A stretch of DNA of 64,000 nt from Balanoglossus misakiensis (taxonomy: Eukaryota; Animalia; Hemichordata). The notes beneath the pieces are model-generated. The model had not been told where the DNA came from and ran no database searches. It saw nothing but the letters and a program-made list of their open reading frames with translations. Positions 1 through 14,200 of the stretch are shown here, piece by piece. The stretch is from positions 6,427,531 to 6,491,530 of the forward strand of contig CM082592.2 of assembly GCA_040954595.2 (NCBI GenBank), given 5' to 3'. Position 1 is the first letter of the stretch. Every line of letters begins with the position of its first letter. The position numbers and the translations under genes are program-made.

Positions 1-1030
1 ATTAAAATGATAAATATAGATTTCAGTGGAAGAAGCCGTTCATTTATTCATCGCTGTGTGGAACCAGCTTTTCTCTGCAAAGAAGCGCGAAGAATAGAGG
101 AAACTGAGCTCATTATTGTGATTGAAATTCTCTGCATCATTTATCAGATGAGATGTTCCAGGTTCTAAGGTTGAATAAATTATCTGCTGTGTTCACAAGG
201 AATAGTCGTTTTCAAACTCAAATCACTATGATTATTTAAAACAAATCATCCATTTGTTATTTGTCAAAAATCATAATTTACTATGAATTCTTCAACATTG
301 TTGTTAGTGTAGTGATTGCTCAGTAATGGTATTGTGTGTGTACATTATTATTTATATTACAATCAGTTTTTATTGATTATTTGCAGTTACATATTTCTTG
401 CATTCATTTGTCAGTATCTCAGGTCCGATATGTCGCGGTCATAATTGAGTAATCATCGTAGAGTCATTGTTGCATAGTCATTCATCAGTCCAATTGATTT
501 GAAGCTAATTAATCACCGAAGTACATATATCATCATCATTAATGCTGTTAAAGCAAGGATGTTTGAGCAAGACTCCTCATTGATTAAAGTAACAGTACAA
601 CCATGTAATTGACAGAGATCGATTGGATGTTAGGAACCTCCAATATGTATACCGTTAGTTATAATTATGCTATTCCCCTGTGTAAATTTAACTGTTTTTG
701 TGCCGGTAGTTATTTTATCAACTAAACCAGGTTACTGTCACCCATCCCAATCTATTGCTTTCAGACTGAATTGGTTTTGGTTTTGTTTGATGACTCAATA
801 TGTCACATGAGACCTGAGCTAGTGTCCTGTGGGAATTAAGACCCACTCTCCTTGATTATTTACAGCAGTGAGAATTGTACCCTGGGGCTTTGTGTCCTTA
901 GGTATTATTGCACCATCAATATTCGGTGCCAGTGTGATTGCTCTGCCCATGGATGTTCTCATCCCTAACATGTATAATGAAACAAGGACTGACTCTCAAT
1001 GGGTATTTCAATTATTCAAGAGATCAAGAG

Positions 1031-1061
1031 TTCAGAGAGAGACAGAGAGAGAGACCAAGGC

Positions 1062-1102
<41 letters not shown>

Positions 1103-1118
1103 GACAGACAGACAGATA
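1031..1118. repeat. Compound (GA)n/(GACA)n microsatellite, with degenerate GACA units continuing to ~1200
   Basis: Directly visible: cagagagagacagagagagag...gacagacagacagacagaca. It produces the spurious ERERERDRQTDRQ ORFs in the track. Confidence 0.95.
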
Positions 1119-1790
1119 CTACTAGTTGACAGACTGACAATAGTGACATATAGAAGAAGACTGCAGACAGTTAGACAGATAGACAGACAGACAGGGACAA
1201 ATAGACTGAGTGACACAGAACACGAGAAAAGGGGGTGGGAGAGGGGGGGGGATTAATATATCAGATGGAAATCTAGAGGATATCATTCTAGCTCATTATC
1301 ATAGACTGTAAAAAAAATACCAAATATAGTTATCAGATTCAGATAATAATCAAACAGTGTGATTAACATTGGAAAGTATGTTCATTTATGTGTAAGCAAT
1401 TTACAAGCTGGCCATATAGTGTAGCGGGCCAACCATTGCTGATTCTAACCTCGTCTAAAAGTGATAAATGTTTTTCAAATGCCTCCCTCTCCGTGTAGGG
1501 TTACTGTAATGTCCAGTTCATATCATGACATATTGATGCCGATTCATCATTCCTACGGCAACCATACAGCTTGCCGTCTGAGACCTAAATTACTTTTGCA
1601 ATTAAAACTGTTGCCCTAGTGACGCTCGTAAAAAAATCCACAATAAAATTGCTCTTGTTATTGTAACTGTTAACCGGACAATGGACGCAGACAAGACTGG
1701 AAGTCGTAACAATAGCTCGTGAATTGTTCTCTGAAGAATGTGCTCTGATCTTAGGTGCCTATTTGGTTTTTTAGTATGACACAGTAAGTT

Positions 1791-1826
1791 TCACCCTTTC
1801 ACCACCATGGTTTAGTCCAAACCCAG
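1791..1826 (+). mobile_element. Partial copy of a short dispersed MITE-like element (CCCTTTCACC terminus)
   Basis: ccctttcaccaccatggtttagtccaaaccca closely matches 29603-29636 (ctctttcaccactttggtttagtccaaagcca) and the terminus at 50750. Confidence 0.55.
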
Positions 1827-4800
1827 TAAAATGTTGTAGAAATTATTTGTTTTGTACTGTCAGTCACTCATTCAATCTAGACATCTACATGTATTTTAAT
1901 TTGATAGAAGAGTTTCTCCAAAATCAATGTAGCGTACGTCGTTTATACCGTGCTCTTGCATACTACTGGACAAGAATCAAAGTTAAGAAGTGTGGTTCTA
2001 AGACATACGAACACCAGTTATTGAAGGGGGAAAAATGAAGAGAATAACAGAAAGAAACTGACAAAAGGGATGATGGATTGAATGATGTTATAACCAAGGT
2101 AGTCGTGAAGTATGTAGGTTCTTACAAAACCCTGGGCTTTCGCCTGTCAATTCAAGAGGTGAGAACTGTGTGTCGAGGTCAAAGGTTATACAAATCATCC
2201 CGTGAAGAAAGTACAAGGCATTGTCATAAGATTAGGGACAGCGGCAACCATTCAATACTGGTCACTGGAAATGTGAATTTTAGAGTGTGGCCCAGCCCGC
2301 CTCATACACGAACCAGAATGACGAAGAAATTAACTTCTCAGTATCTGTGTTGTGTATTTTGTTTTGTCGTGCTGGTTTCCAGGTGTATCTGTTTGGTTGC
2401 AATGCACCGTTGTGACAACCACATAGACCATGGCGAGTGTCAAATTGATCAGACACACCAGGCTGAGAAATGATTGCTTAGAAAAATTAATTATGTAACC
2501 GATACCGGTTTAATAATTTCTATGTTGTAAATATCGCAGTTTAGCATCCATGTCCGTTTGTCAAAGGTGGTGGATTGTTGGTTATTACAATTACATGTAT
2601 GTTAAAATTCAGTTTTTGATGAATGATCTTCATGTATCATTTTGTGTGATGTTAGCTGTCAGTATGAAGTGGTACTGGTAGTGGTAGACATTTTGTACGT
2701 TCGACTCTGGTAGGAGGCGGTACACTGCAGATCTCGTCTGCATATACAGGCCTCTCTGTCGGTGTCTGTGTTGTGTTTCTATGTAGTGCCCGGTGACGCA
2801 AACAGAAATATACATCTCTAGTGTCAGGTCAGGCTGCCCGGGACTACTTTTTCCGATAAAGTCTCTCGGCTCACCTAGGGTACACAAGAATGCCGGAGTT
2901 GTCATATCGGGTATTGTCGTGCAAATATGCAAATGTCGGGCCCCTGTGTTATGCAAAGCAGTGTCCATTTCCCTGCCTGTCGGGTATTGACCCGTTTATT
3001 GTGGTAACTTGAAGAGGGTCTATTGTGTAGCGAAGACCCTATGCTTAATACCATCAGTTCGAATAGGTTTGTGAGATTGTCAAGGCTGTTGTGGGGTATC
3101 ACGGGATTTGTTATTCTGTGTTGTGATGCTGTCCAGATTTTTTAGATGATATAAAAATTTGACGAAAAAAAATTACAAGATTTTAATCTCTTGGATGCCA
3201 TGGTCATGAATGGGTTAAATTGGAATGTGTAAATAATGGTTTGGGTTAACTTTGTGAGCGTCAGTGTTGTTCAGTGTTTGAAACACAAAAAATGTAATTT
3301 ATTTGATCGCCAACCAGTTTGTCTATAAGTTGCCACACCTTCATTGATATTGTATACAGCAGCCACCCACCACTAAAACTAAAGGAACTCCCAAAATATC
3401 CCTGTTTATAGGTACAAAGGTACTTTTATGAAAACTGTCTGGATAGGAAGCACTCCAGACAGATTGCTTGCTTTGTGTTTATATTTTTAGGCTAGAGTTT
3501 TACACCATGTACCGGTATATGAACTGTGCATCTTTTGAGTGTCTGTTCGTTCATTATGGGTTAACCATTGAAAGATATTAAAATGTCTATGGAGCATATT
3601 TAAATTTTAAAAAATTGGAATTTGCTGGACCATGTATTAATAAAGAAAATTCAACAGTAGCAGCATGAATATATGCCAAACAAATTCATTTTATTTTTGC
3701 AATTTAATAACTTAGAAAGCAGGTACACAACATTCAAGTTCATTTGAATCGTTGCCTCCTCATACAATGTATACGGTATACAAACAACATACATGTTCAT
3801 GGCCTGTCTTGCATGGTTGAAATGGGGCTGGACTTGAAGGTAAAAAGAGGTCATGTACAAGTATGCGTTTAGTGATACCCTGGAAGAAATTGTCCTATCT
3901 CAGTCCATGCATGCACGATTGGCGCAATATCACAAATTCAGCAGCTGGAATATTTGCTCGTACTTTACACGACAGATGCCACGCTGTATGATATACACGG
4001 TTCAGATATCAATTACCAATAAAATGTGCGTTTCATGTACCGTGAGACCAAAAGATATGTGGGCCCACGTCATAATGTGCTATCTCTCCCTGACTGGCAC
4101 TCTGCCAATATTTTGTGACAGTCAACGTCATCGCAGGGCCATCTCGCTTGTGTTAGCGACCCTGGTCTAAAGAACGAAGAATGTGGCATGATCGTTAAGG
4201 ACCTTCACGATGAATGCAGTATGTCAGAACCATACCAACTAATTAAATTTCACCCTGTCATTTCCATGTTATGCAATTTTACATGCATTCTCACTTAATA
4301 GCTGCAAAAGCTGTGATATTAAAATGCAACTTTTTCCAACAAAAAGGAATATGACTGGAATCGTTTTTTAAATAACATTTTGCGGGTCTATGGTTGAACA
4401 AGGACATAATTTGATTTTTGATCATGGAAAGAGAGAAGATATTATAAATGACCGACAGCTGAGCAAAGTGTTTATAATAAACTGTTCGTTGATTGATGCA
4501 CATATTAAAATGCCTCTAGGGGGCAGTCTTTGTGGACATTTCAGCAATAATGCCACAATGTAATAATCAAATATACCACTAGATAATCAAATAATACCGA
4601 AATTATTTAATTAGTCCTATCCAAACATGATATTGTATTCAAGAACGTACCGTATTAATTACATGATGAACATGAAATTCTGGAATACAAGATAAACTCT
4701 TTCTTAAGTCTTAATTTTTCAATCTATGCAGAACTCAAAATTGATTTATTTTCTTGCAACAAGTAAGACACCCTGTCTACCAATAACCACTCGCATTGTG

Positions 4801-7800
4801 GTGATGTTTGTTGTTGTACCCTAGATAACAAGCATTCAAATAAGAGTTGGTCTTTTTTATGAATTCTCTGGTAACTATGTACGCACCCACATATCTTTAT
4901 TTGCATTAACTTTCCAGTCACCAATCAATACCGTGAACGAGCGTTATGTCAACTCAGTAAATTAAAATTCCATAATGCAGTTGGTTTTTCACGGATTGAA
5001 ACGGTATTCCCCACAGCTGTGTGCATGGTCTGTTTCGGTTGCCCCATACAGATAACACGGCATTCGGCCACCATTTTGAATTTTCAAAAAAACTGGCAAG
5101 CTGAGATAGTGTGAGTTGTTCTTGGATTTGGAAAGCAATATTCTGAAGCACGGTTTGTGTCATAATCGTCTCCTTGGAGACCTCACATGGGAACGCTCAC
5201 TTGTTTACAATTAATGAAATAGACTATTCAACCAAAAAGACTAGCTGATATTGATATGAATTCACATTGTGTCTAATATTAGCATCAATCATAAATGTTC
5301 ACTCAAGCCTAGTAAAAGGAAATGAGAAAATAAAAAAGCAGGGAAGTTGTTTCTTGTTGTGATGGTTACAGTTGTCATGAAAGCCGACGCCCTACAATGT
5401 ATTTTGTTGTTATAAAATTGACTTTTCAAATAAAATGATTTGATGGGACATCTCAACTTTTGGGCAAAAGATTTGAAATTGACTGTATGTTGAGAACAGG
5501 ATATACATGTAGCTCAGTAATCATCTCACTCAAGATGGCCATCGCCATGGAATTTAGACTGGATTTGCTTTTGACTTAAACAGCTTTGCACGGGTATTCA
5601 AATCCCATATTAAAGTCACCGAGTAATCTATCCTCGAAACGGGATGCATTGTATCTTTTTTTTACGCTTCGCAGTGCCTGCCAATGCCGATATTAGGCCC
5701 TACAAATTGATCAGTATGCAAAACACCTGTTTCGAGATGTGTGTTTATAAGTTCGGGTCACGGTTTACCACAAGAGGTCATAATTTGATCTCCGTGACCT
5801 GAAAGCAAATACCTTTCCCATTTGGGCCGACCGTTCTTCTACTCATGGTGGCAAAAAAACGGGAGACTCAATTACAGCGTATAATTACATGATATATGAA
5901 TACAGAACACTGTACACCTGTCAAAGGATACACTTGCGGTTACAACACTGATCCGGCGCTTTGAAAAGTGAAGGGGTGTGCGTTACCCAGTTGTTGAATT
6001 ACCTTATTTGCTGAGCTACAGTGTGTCTTGACAGTCACCAGTTTAACTGTTTTTCAAAGAGACACATTAAAGAACATCAAATCAATAATCCATATAATTT
6101 GTTTAAATATGAAAGGAAAAGATTGTCATGAATATTTCTATTCTTCTTCAATGAAATGAAATTCATTTTTCAATCGGGAAAATCCTTTCATTGTTTACCA
6201 AACAAGTGATTTGCTTTATCTGAGAGTGACACGGCTGTACATACATGCACACACACTCACACAGTGATCAACACTGATTTAGGAATACAGTTCTCTGTTC
6301 AAAGGACCACGTTCTCCAGATGGAGTTGGTCACGTACCGCACCAGATCCAAAACATGTTTTGTTGGCACACACACACCCACCCCCACCCCAACTCCCACG
6401 TGTAGTGACATATGTTTGCCAGCACGCTGTTGTTTTCCTACCATGACAGTGTACGTCCATAAGTGTGACACCTACGCCGTGTCCGTAAATCAAATGATGT
6501 AGGTCAGCCATCGCTGAAAGGTTAAGGCTCTCAGGTCTTAAAGACTAATGAAAGATGTAAGAGGCAAACCGATTTGAATATTTTGTGAAATAGGTAAAAA
6601 AAAAATCCTGTTGACAGATATTTAAGAACTGTGTAATATAGCCTCGTTAATCATGATCGGTTTTATCGCCTGCAAGTATGGATGGCCCCTGTAAAATGTT
6701 AATCTCCAATATAGCTAATATCTTCAATAAAATTTTTTTCCCAGAATTTCGTATACATGTATAAAGCAAAGTGATTGTTGTTTGTAGATTTTGTTTTTTT
6801 TGAAAAACAAGCTGATTCAAAATATGATGGAAAACAGCTGGCAGCATAAACCTCTTTCAAATTGAAAAAATAAACCCCATAGAGGCCTTAGTAGTTTGTG
6901 TGAAATAAGTGTAATGTTATGTGTGTACCAGCCATGCAGTCTGTTGTGATGTGAGTCTCTCTGTATGATTTCAAATTGCTCGCAGTGAAGTCATTTTTTA
7001 ACAGCTGTCCCAACTAACCAACCCAAAGTGGTATTTATTTGAATTGACTGCAATTTTTTCTGTGCTCGAAGACACTAATACGACATGGAAGTACACAAAC
7101 AGTATTATTAGAAAACCCGATTGATCGTAATCGCTAAGCTCTGATGTTGCAATCTGGTCAATCAGAAACCTAAAACGTGACTAGAAAAGGAATAATGTCC
7201 GAAATGTGCTCAGAAAACTGTAGTTTCAGGCAAAATTGGAATGTCATTACGTAGGGAGATCTCTCCCTCCAATTATTTTGACTGGAGTGCGTTTTTGAAC
7301 CGTTGTGGGAATCATCGAGACAAGGAAGAGGAACACTTTAAAGTATCTATGACGTCAAAGGGATGCTTTCTGCAGAAAAAAAAAAATTAAATCGCTCTCA
7401 AGGTCTTTCGTGGTTGAATCTTGTCCTTCCAGCTAGAGGAAAAGCAATCGTCAAATTGATGAAAACATGTTGTTCTCTAATGGAATATTAAATTAGGGTA
7501 ATTTCGGTATGTTGTATGTAAACCATCGGTCAGCAATAGCTTGATATCTCGCAATCATTATTAACATTGAAGAATTTCTTGTTTGCTCTAAAAAAAGTAA
7601 AATGGCTGCATTTGGATCCAACTAAATGGTCTTGAACCGGTGTTGCATAAGTGTTTCATTCCATACTGGTAAAAGAAAAGAATGGAAAAGAAAAAAATAC
7701 ACTGACCAAAATGTAATATTCACTAATAAGTTGAACGGACACCCATTATATGCTGAAAGCCATCAGCATGAATGACATTATTAAATGCTAAATTGGAGAC

Positions 7801-8232
7801 CCTAATTGAAAACTCAAGCAGTACTTGTTGGCCATACAACCCAGTAAATGATACTTTTTACCATATCAATAGTTTCACAAACATGACGTCAGCACGAGGC
7901 TGGTATTAGCATTTTTTCCCCTGAAATTGCAGTCTTAATGGTTCTGTTTATGGTGTAGAAATACATGTAATGTAAGTGTCAGATTGGGAATGAATTGCCT
8001 GTGAAGTTTTCTTCAGCTCTGTTCAACAATTTTTATTATGGATCAATGGCTTTTTGGTTTGTGGGTTCTATATCTACCATTAATCATTAATTATTATCAA
8101 CACTTTCATGTAGTAAAACTTCCAAATTGTTGCCCCGCGCACTGTCGTTAAATGTTGACTGTATCTGAACTCGTCCTACTGTGTTCTTGGAAACACCGTT
8201 CTCACTGTAATTTCTCCTTTTCTCGAACACAG

Positions 8233-11200
8233 ATGCTGACAGTGTAAATACCGACGACTCGCTCGGCAGGACAGCAGTTTCGTACGCTGTGCATTCTAAG
8301 CAACAAGACTGCTTGAAATACCTTCTATCACACAAAGCTGACCCTAACCGACTGGCTAACGGTAAGTTTTGATAACTCAAGCATTTGAAGTGTTGAAGTT
8401 TAACAGTACAGAACCTTTCTGTGATTTTTTATCAACATGATGCACAGAGCACTGAGATGTGGTGCAGATCACGTTTAAGAATTAAATATTATTACATTGT
8501 ACTTGTATTACATTGCACAGACTACAGACCACTACTTTGCTATTTAGGCAATATAGGGCGCCCTCTATTGACAGAGTAGACCAAACGTAACATATAAAAG
8601 TTGTTTTATCCAAAACTTAAAATTACTTAAAACCAAGAATAGGAAGAGGCAGTGGTCTGCATTTCTAGTAATGCAAGCCGTAATACACATGGGCCGCCTG
8701 CAATTTAAAACACACAGCCATATCAATTTGTTGACTGTGTATATTTTCACTAACTAGACTATTTCTGTCTTTCCACAGACGGCTCAACGGCAGTACACAG
8801 AGCGGTGTGTGATAATTACATTCCAGGCCTGGAGATGCTCATCCAGTACAACGCTGACGTCACAATACAGGACTCTCAGGGAAGGTCACCTGTACACTGG
8901 GCAACCACTGTCAGTGATACACAGTGTTTAGAGGTGAGTTAGTCAGTCAGTCATTCATTCATTCATTCATTCATTCATTCATTCAGTCAGTCAGTCAGTC
9001 AGTCAGTCAGTCAGTCAGTCAGTCAGTCAGTCAGTCATTCAGTCAGTCAGTCATTTAGTCAGTGTTCCTGTTATATTCTGTTATATACAAAGTAATATTG
9101 TTGGTACTACTAATGCTCAGTTAATCTCAGTCGCCATGGTTTCCATCTTGCAGACTTTACTAAAATGTAATGTGAACGTGAATGTACGTGATGTGGATGG
9201 ACTGACTCCGTCTATGTGGGCATGTCGTATGGATCACAAAGATCACTTTGAACTCATCAACTCAGCCAGTAACCAAGTCATAGAGGAAGCCGACGGCATC
9301 GAGAGGGACTTTGTGGGTAAAACGTGGGTGCATTGGGCTGTGAGAAGGCTAGAGCCTTTGGCGTGTCTCAAGGTGAGTGGGTGTTTAGAGGGGATTATGT
9401 GGGTATATGGGCTGTCAGTATAAGGTTTGAACCACTGGGATACCTCTTGGTGAGTGGGTTGTATGGGTAAAACATATGGTTGTCAGGGGAATTACCTATT
9501 AGAGTTCATTGGGTTGAATGGGCTCAGGAGGTTGTGTGCATGGGCGAAGTGGATACGTTGTCGTTGGGCTGTATAGGGGGATAGAGTCTCAGAATATATC
9601 ATGGTAGATGGGTTAAATTTGGACTGTATAAGGGACACTGTGAGAACAGCAGGCAGATCCATGTGCATTGTTTTCTTATACAGTACAGAACACATGCTTT
9701 GCACAAGTGTAGACCACCCATGATTCTGTGTCAGCTTAAAAACACTGAGCAAAATTGTGTTTTTCTTCGCAGAGTCTGCTCACCCCAGAAACGGCAGCTA
9801 TCCGTGACGATGAAGGCAAGACGGTCATTCACTCAGCTGCAGAAATGGGTAAGCGGCTTTGGTTATTAAGATGAACATGTTCGCTGTGTTTCCTTCAACG
9901 TATAAATTGTTCTCGTCAAATAGTAGAATACCTAATGAGTGATATTCAGTAAGACTTGACAGAAGACATGTCAATATGTGCTAATGGGTTCATTTTTGCA
10001 AAGAGTCTTGAATTTTACTCAGAAATGACTGATGTAGAAAGAGCGCCACACAATGTAGGAATTTCCACTTGTCTGTCTTTCTTCACAGGTTCTATAGATT
10101 CTACAAAGTTAATACTGGGAGTGGCCGGCCGCGACTGCATCAATGACAAGGATGATGAGAACAGGACGTGTCTGCATCTGGCAACAATTGGCGGCCATGG
10201 AGAACTTGTCAACTTTCTCATGGAACATGGAGGTAGGTTGGGCTGATAGCTTTAATGTGTGTTATTGCAACATTTTTATCATTTTCACACATTTTCCCCA
10301 ATTTTCCCCCTCAATTCTAGACCAAGTGGATAAAATTTTCAATTGTCTGTGTGTGTCAGTCCAAGCAACCTATGGTTTGATTGACAGCCAGTTTTGATGA
10401 CTGTTAATTTCACCTCCTTGCAGCTGACCAGTTTATGAAAGATTCCCACAATGCACTTCCAATGGATTACGCCCAGGGTAGGCGGCTGTATTACTGCTCC
10501 ATGGTATTTGCTGCGTATCAGAGACAGCATGAACGCAAGCTGCAGAGAGACGCATCCGTGGACAGTGAACGAATGGAACAGGTAAACTACAATTCAACCT
10601 GCTTACTCTTAGTTTATGAGAATTGACAGGGTGGTGCCCAAAATGCTACTCACGTCATGAAACTGTGCTTTCTGTTAGGTATCTTACAGTCTATGAAATG
10701 TTTTTAAAAATCACCCTGTTAGTATAGAAAGTGGTATTTTCTTTCCATTCTGTGAAGAAAAAAATTAACAGTCTAAGAGGCTTCTTCTATACATGGAGTG
10801 AATTTAAATTGTGTACCACAAGAGATGCTACAGTCCTTTGACCAACAAATACACCTTGATTTCCATTTTGACTACTAGGAACACAGCTCAACCATAGCAT
10901 CATACAGCGGTGGCTCACCGTCCCCTCCCCCGGGGCCCCCGAGACCCCCCAGCATCGGCAAGAGAAGAAGCAGTGGAGGGGCCGTGCAGAGCCAGGCCAA
11001 GAGGGGTCCCAGTGCTCCGAGGGGGGAGTTCAGTAACGGGGAGAACCACGGACAAGTCACTCCCAACGGCAGAGTGGGTTATGAAGCGGACGAAGAAGAG
11101 GACGCACCCGCTATGGGTAACACCAGAGAAATGATCAATAGATACGAGGAGCATATGGTAGCTGAGGTAGGTGACCTTGAGGTAGAGTGAAGGTCAAGTC

Positions 11201-14200
11201 AAGGACATGCTTTCCAAAAACACAAATATAAACACTCCCCGAATGTTCAGAAATACAGACATATGAAGAAGAAAAACAATATACCGGTAATCACAACACC
11301 ATTTCTAAATGTTATCATAATATTATTTCAGGATATCAGTGAAAGTGCCAACGAGGAAGTCTTTGATGGCCACCGAACAGCAACTGGCGAAATCGTACAG
11401 TCCCTCGATGTCATGGAGATCACGGAAGAAATGCAGCCGAGTCATGAAAACCCTGGTGTTAACGTGTATGACGAACGAGGTCAGTTATGGACAAGATTTT
11501 GATCGCAGAAGATAGCAATTATCATACTGTTAATTTACACTTTGAAAAATGAATAACCAGTGACAATTATAACGAGATGCAGAATTTTCATCATTGAAAC
11601 ATAGCTTTGTTTGACATCACATCCATGCAATTATTGTGCCTATCATAACATCCAACCGTTGCCGGGTGACCTCTCATCCGCAGGACAAACCATAGAGATG
11701 CAGGTGGAGGACGATACAGGGATGATCGTCCGAGAGAATTCGTACGACAGTAACGGCAGCGACAAGAGCTTGAGTGTCGGAATGAGCGTGTCCGATCTGG
11801 AAGGTGAAGCCGGCGATGAAGAAGAACCACATCAAAGACAACACAAACCAATACCTCTAAAGGTAAATAATATAAATTCTCACATTTTCCAATATAAGAG
11901 TCATCATTTTTACACATGAACACCTAGCTTCTGTGGGGAAATTCTTTTCACCCAAATTTCATTTTTTTCCCTGCAGTGTTGAAGTGACACTTAGTATGTT
12001 CCTGTATAAAGCAAAAATATACGACGCGCCACAAATGTGAACATTCTTCAAAAAAATCGTATCAAACATAACATAGGACTGAAACAAATTTCTACAATTC
12101 TTACAAACCAACTCGTCAACATTTCCGAAAAGTCGTGTTTGTAAGATGAGTGTATTTGAAAATGTCAGTATAATGAATGAATCTTTGTAATCAACTTGCA
12201 AGACTTCACTTTGATAACTAAGTTATACACTGTTATTTCTTCTGTCTGCAAAGAAGCACACTCCAAATTCACCACCACTATCGCAGAAGATGACACCAAG
12301 GCCACCGGCTCCAACGCCTCCAATGTTCATTCCAAGACCGCCAGCTCCGGGACCCGGCTACAATCCAGGAACGGTGAAAGGACCCACTCCGCCACCACAG
12401 CCCCAATATTCCCAAAATGCACCGCAGCAGAACTCACCATCACAGCAGGTAAACAAATGGGGCGACTTATTTTACTGTTGACGAGAAACATACAGTAAAA
12501 CCTGTATAAATAAAACACCGAGCAGGGCTGAAGAAACTGTTCGGTTTGCAGAGATGTCTGGTTTATAGAGTTTCTTTTCACAGGTCAAAGGGACAGGATA
12601 ATGTGGTCTAATCCACATAAAATTGTCAGGAATGAATCATAAAAATATCTTGAGCCCTTTCACCCCCATTTTCCTGTATAGAGGTCTAATTTCACCATAG
12701 AAAACAAGCGGATTTGGACCATTACCATTGCAGTGGAAGGGTAAAATTAGATGTGCATTATACACCACATGATGTGTTTCTTTTAATATTTCAGGAACAT
12801 CAGTATTACAATTACAATGACAATCACCTGCCTCAGGAAAACAACATCAGCGACGGAGGGCAGTACCCTGCTGAGAGATCCACACACAACATGGGCAGCG
12901 TGGGACCGCAACAGACACCGGCTGAGAGGTCCACACACAGCATCGGTGGCCCCGCACAGCACAGCGGCGGTGGTGGCGAGCGAGCAGCACACAGCGCTGG
13001 CGGCAGCAGCGGTTCACAACACATGCCGCAGCACGGTCACGGGGAGATGCAGCAGCCCGTTCAGCACATCATGCCGCGGCAACTGGCTCCCATTCAGCCG
13101 ACGTCGACGGGGAAGAAGAAGAAGAAGAGGAGGAAACACCACCATAGCAACAGCGTCGACGGCCAGCCGCCAATGACGGCCAGGGGTGCGCCCGCAGCTC
13201 CGTTAGAACCAGTACAAGGTTAGACTTTGAATTTGATATTTTCGCACATACGCTCATGATGCATCCATGAATTCAGGATAAACCAAACCACGTGCATAAA
13301 TGTCTGCAGAGATTGGTGGCTCATTGTCATTGCACTTAAAGGCCCATGTTTCTTGACATGGGCATTTTCGATAGAAATAAACAAAAGATCTCTTATGTGT
13401 ATAACACATGCCCCTAAAAGGACCTTGATGAAATTACAAACAGTGGACCAGAAAACTTTCTCAGGTTACTTTCTTGTTGAAGCTGTGTCTGTGAAGTCTT
13501 AAACTGTTGAAGTTTTGCACTGAGAAGACATGATTAGAAAGTGATTTACTGAGAACTCGACCACAGGCAGGAGAAAAAAAGTTAGTTTTTGGAAAGAGGT
13601 GGCAGTACCATTTGTTCAGTTTAGAGTTATGTACTTAGCCCGTGTCTTTTGTGTTTTCCACAGGTTATGGCATTATTCCCAGTCAACCCAACGGACCCAT
13701 ATCACCCCACTCACAGCAGCAACAACAAACCCAACAGTACCCGCCACCCCAAGAGAACCAGCCCCGGGTGTCGTCCAAAGGCACCGCCTGGGAGGTGGCC
13801 TGGGAGCCCGTGCGCCCCCAGAACCCCGTCCCGCCCACCACCCCGCGGGACGACGAGCGAGAAGAGTTCGAGTTCCCCCAGCAACCGCAGCCGTCAGTTC
13901 AACCGCAGCCCATGCCCCGGGGGAAGAAAGGTAACAAATTGCAAGGCATGGAGCACGAGTCCGTGCCCGTGGAATCGGCCAAGGTCAATGGGTACATGGA
14001 GGAGGAAGGAGTCAGTGAGCCCGTTGAGCAAAGGAGAACAATAGGCAGGGCGGTCATTGAAGGGCCCAAGCAACAGGTTGGTACAAGCCAAAGCGCTCAG
14101 TACCCTCGACCTAACCCACATGGGCCTTTGGCTAAACAAGACAGAGCACTAACTAACGGACAGGTTGGTAGGACTCATCAGTCAGCCAGATATGTCTCTC

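Noticed and set aside
868-1256. Overlapping ORFs rich in ERERERDRQTDRQ or SLSLSV
   Set aside because: Translations of the GA/GACA microsatellite; no domain content or splice support.
1-8232. Missing first coding exon(s) of the ankyrin gene
   Set aside because: No convincing ankyrin-coding phase-1 exon found by eye, and the short ORFs here lack domain features. The exon may lie outside the window or be too short to recognise.
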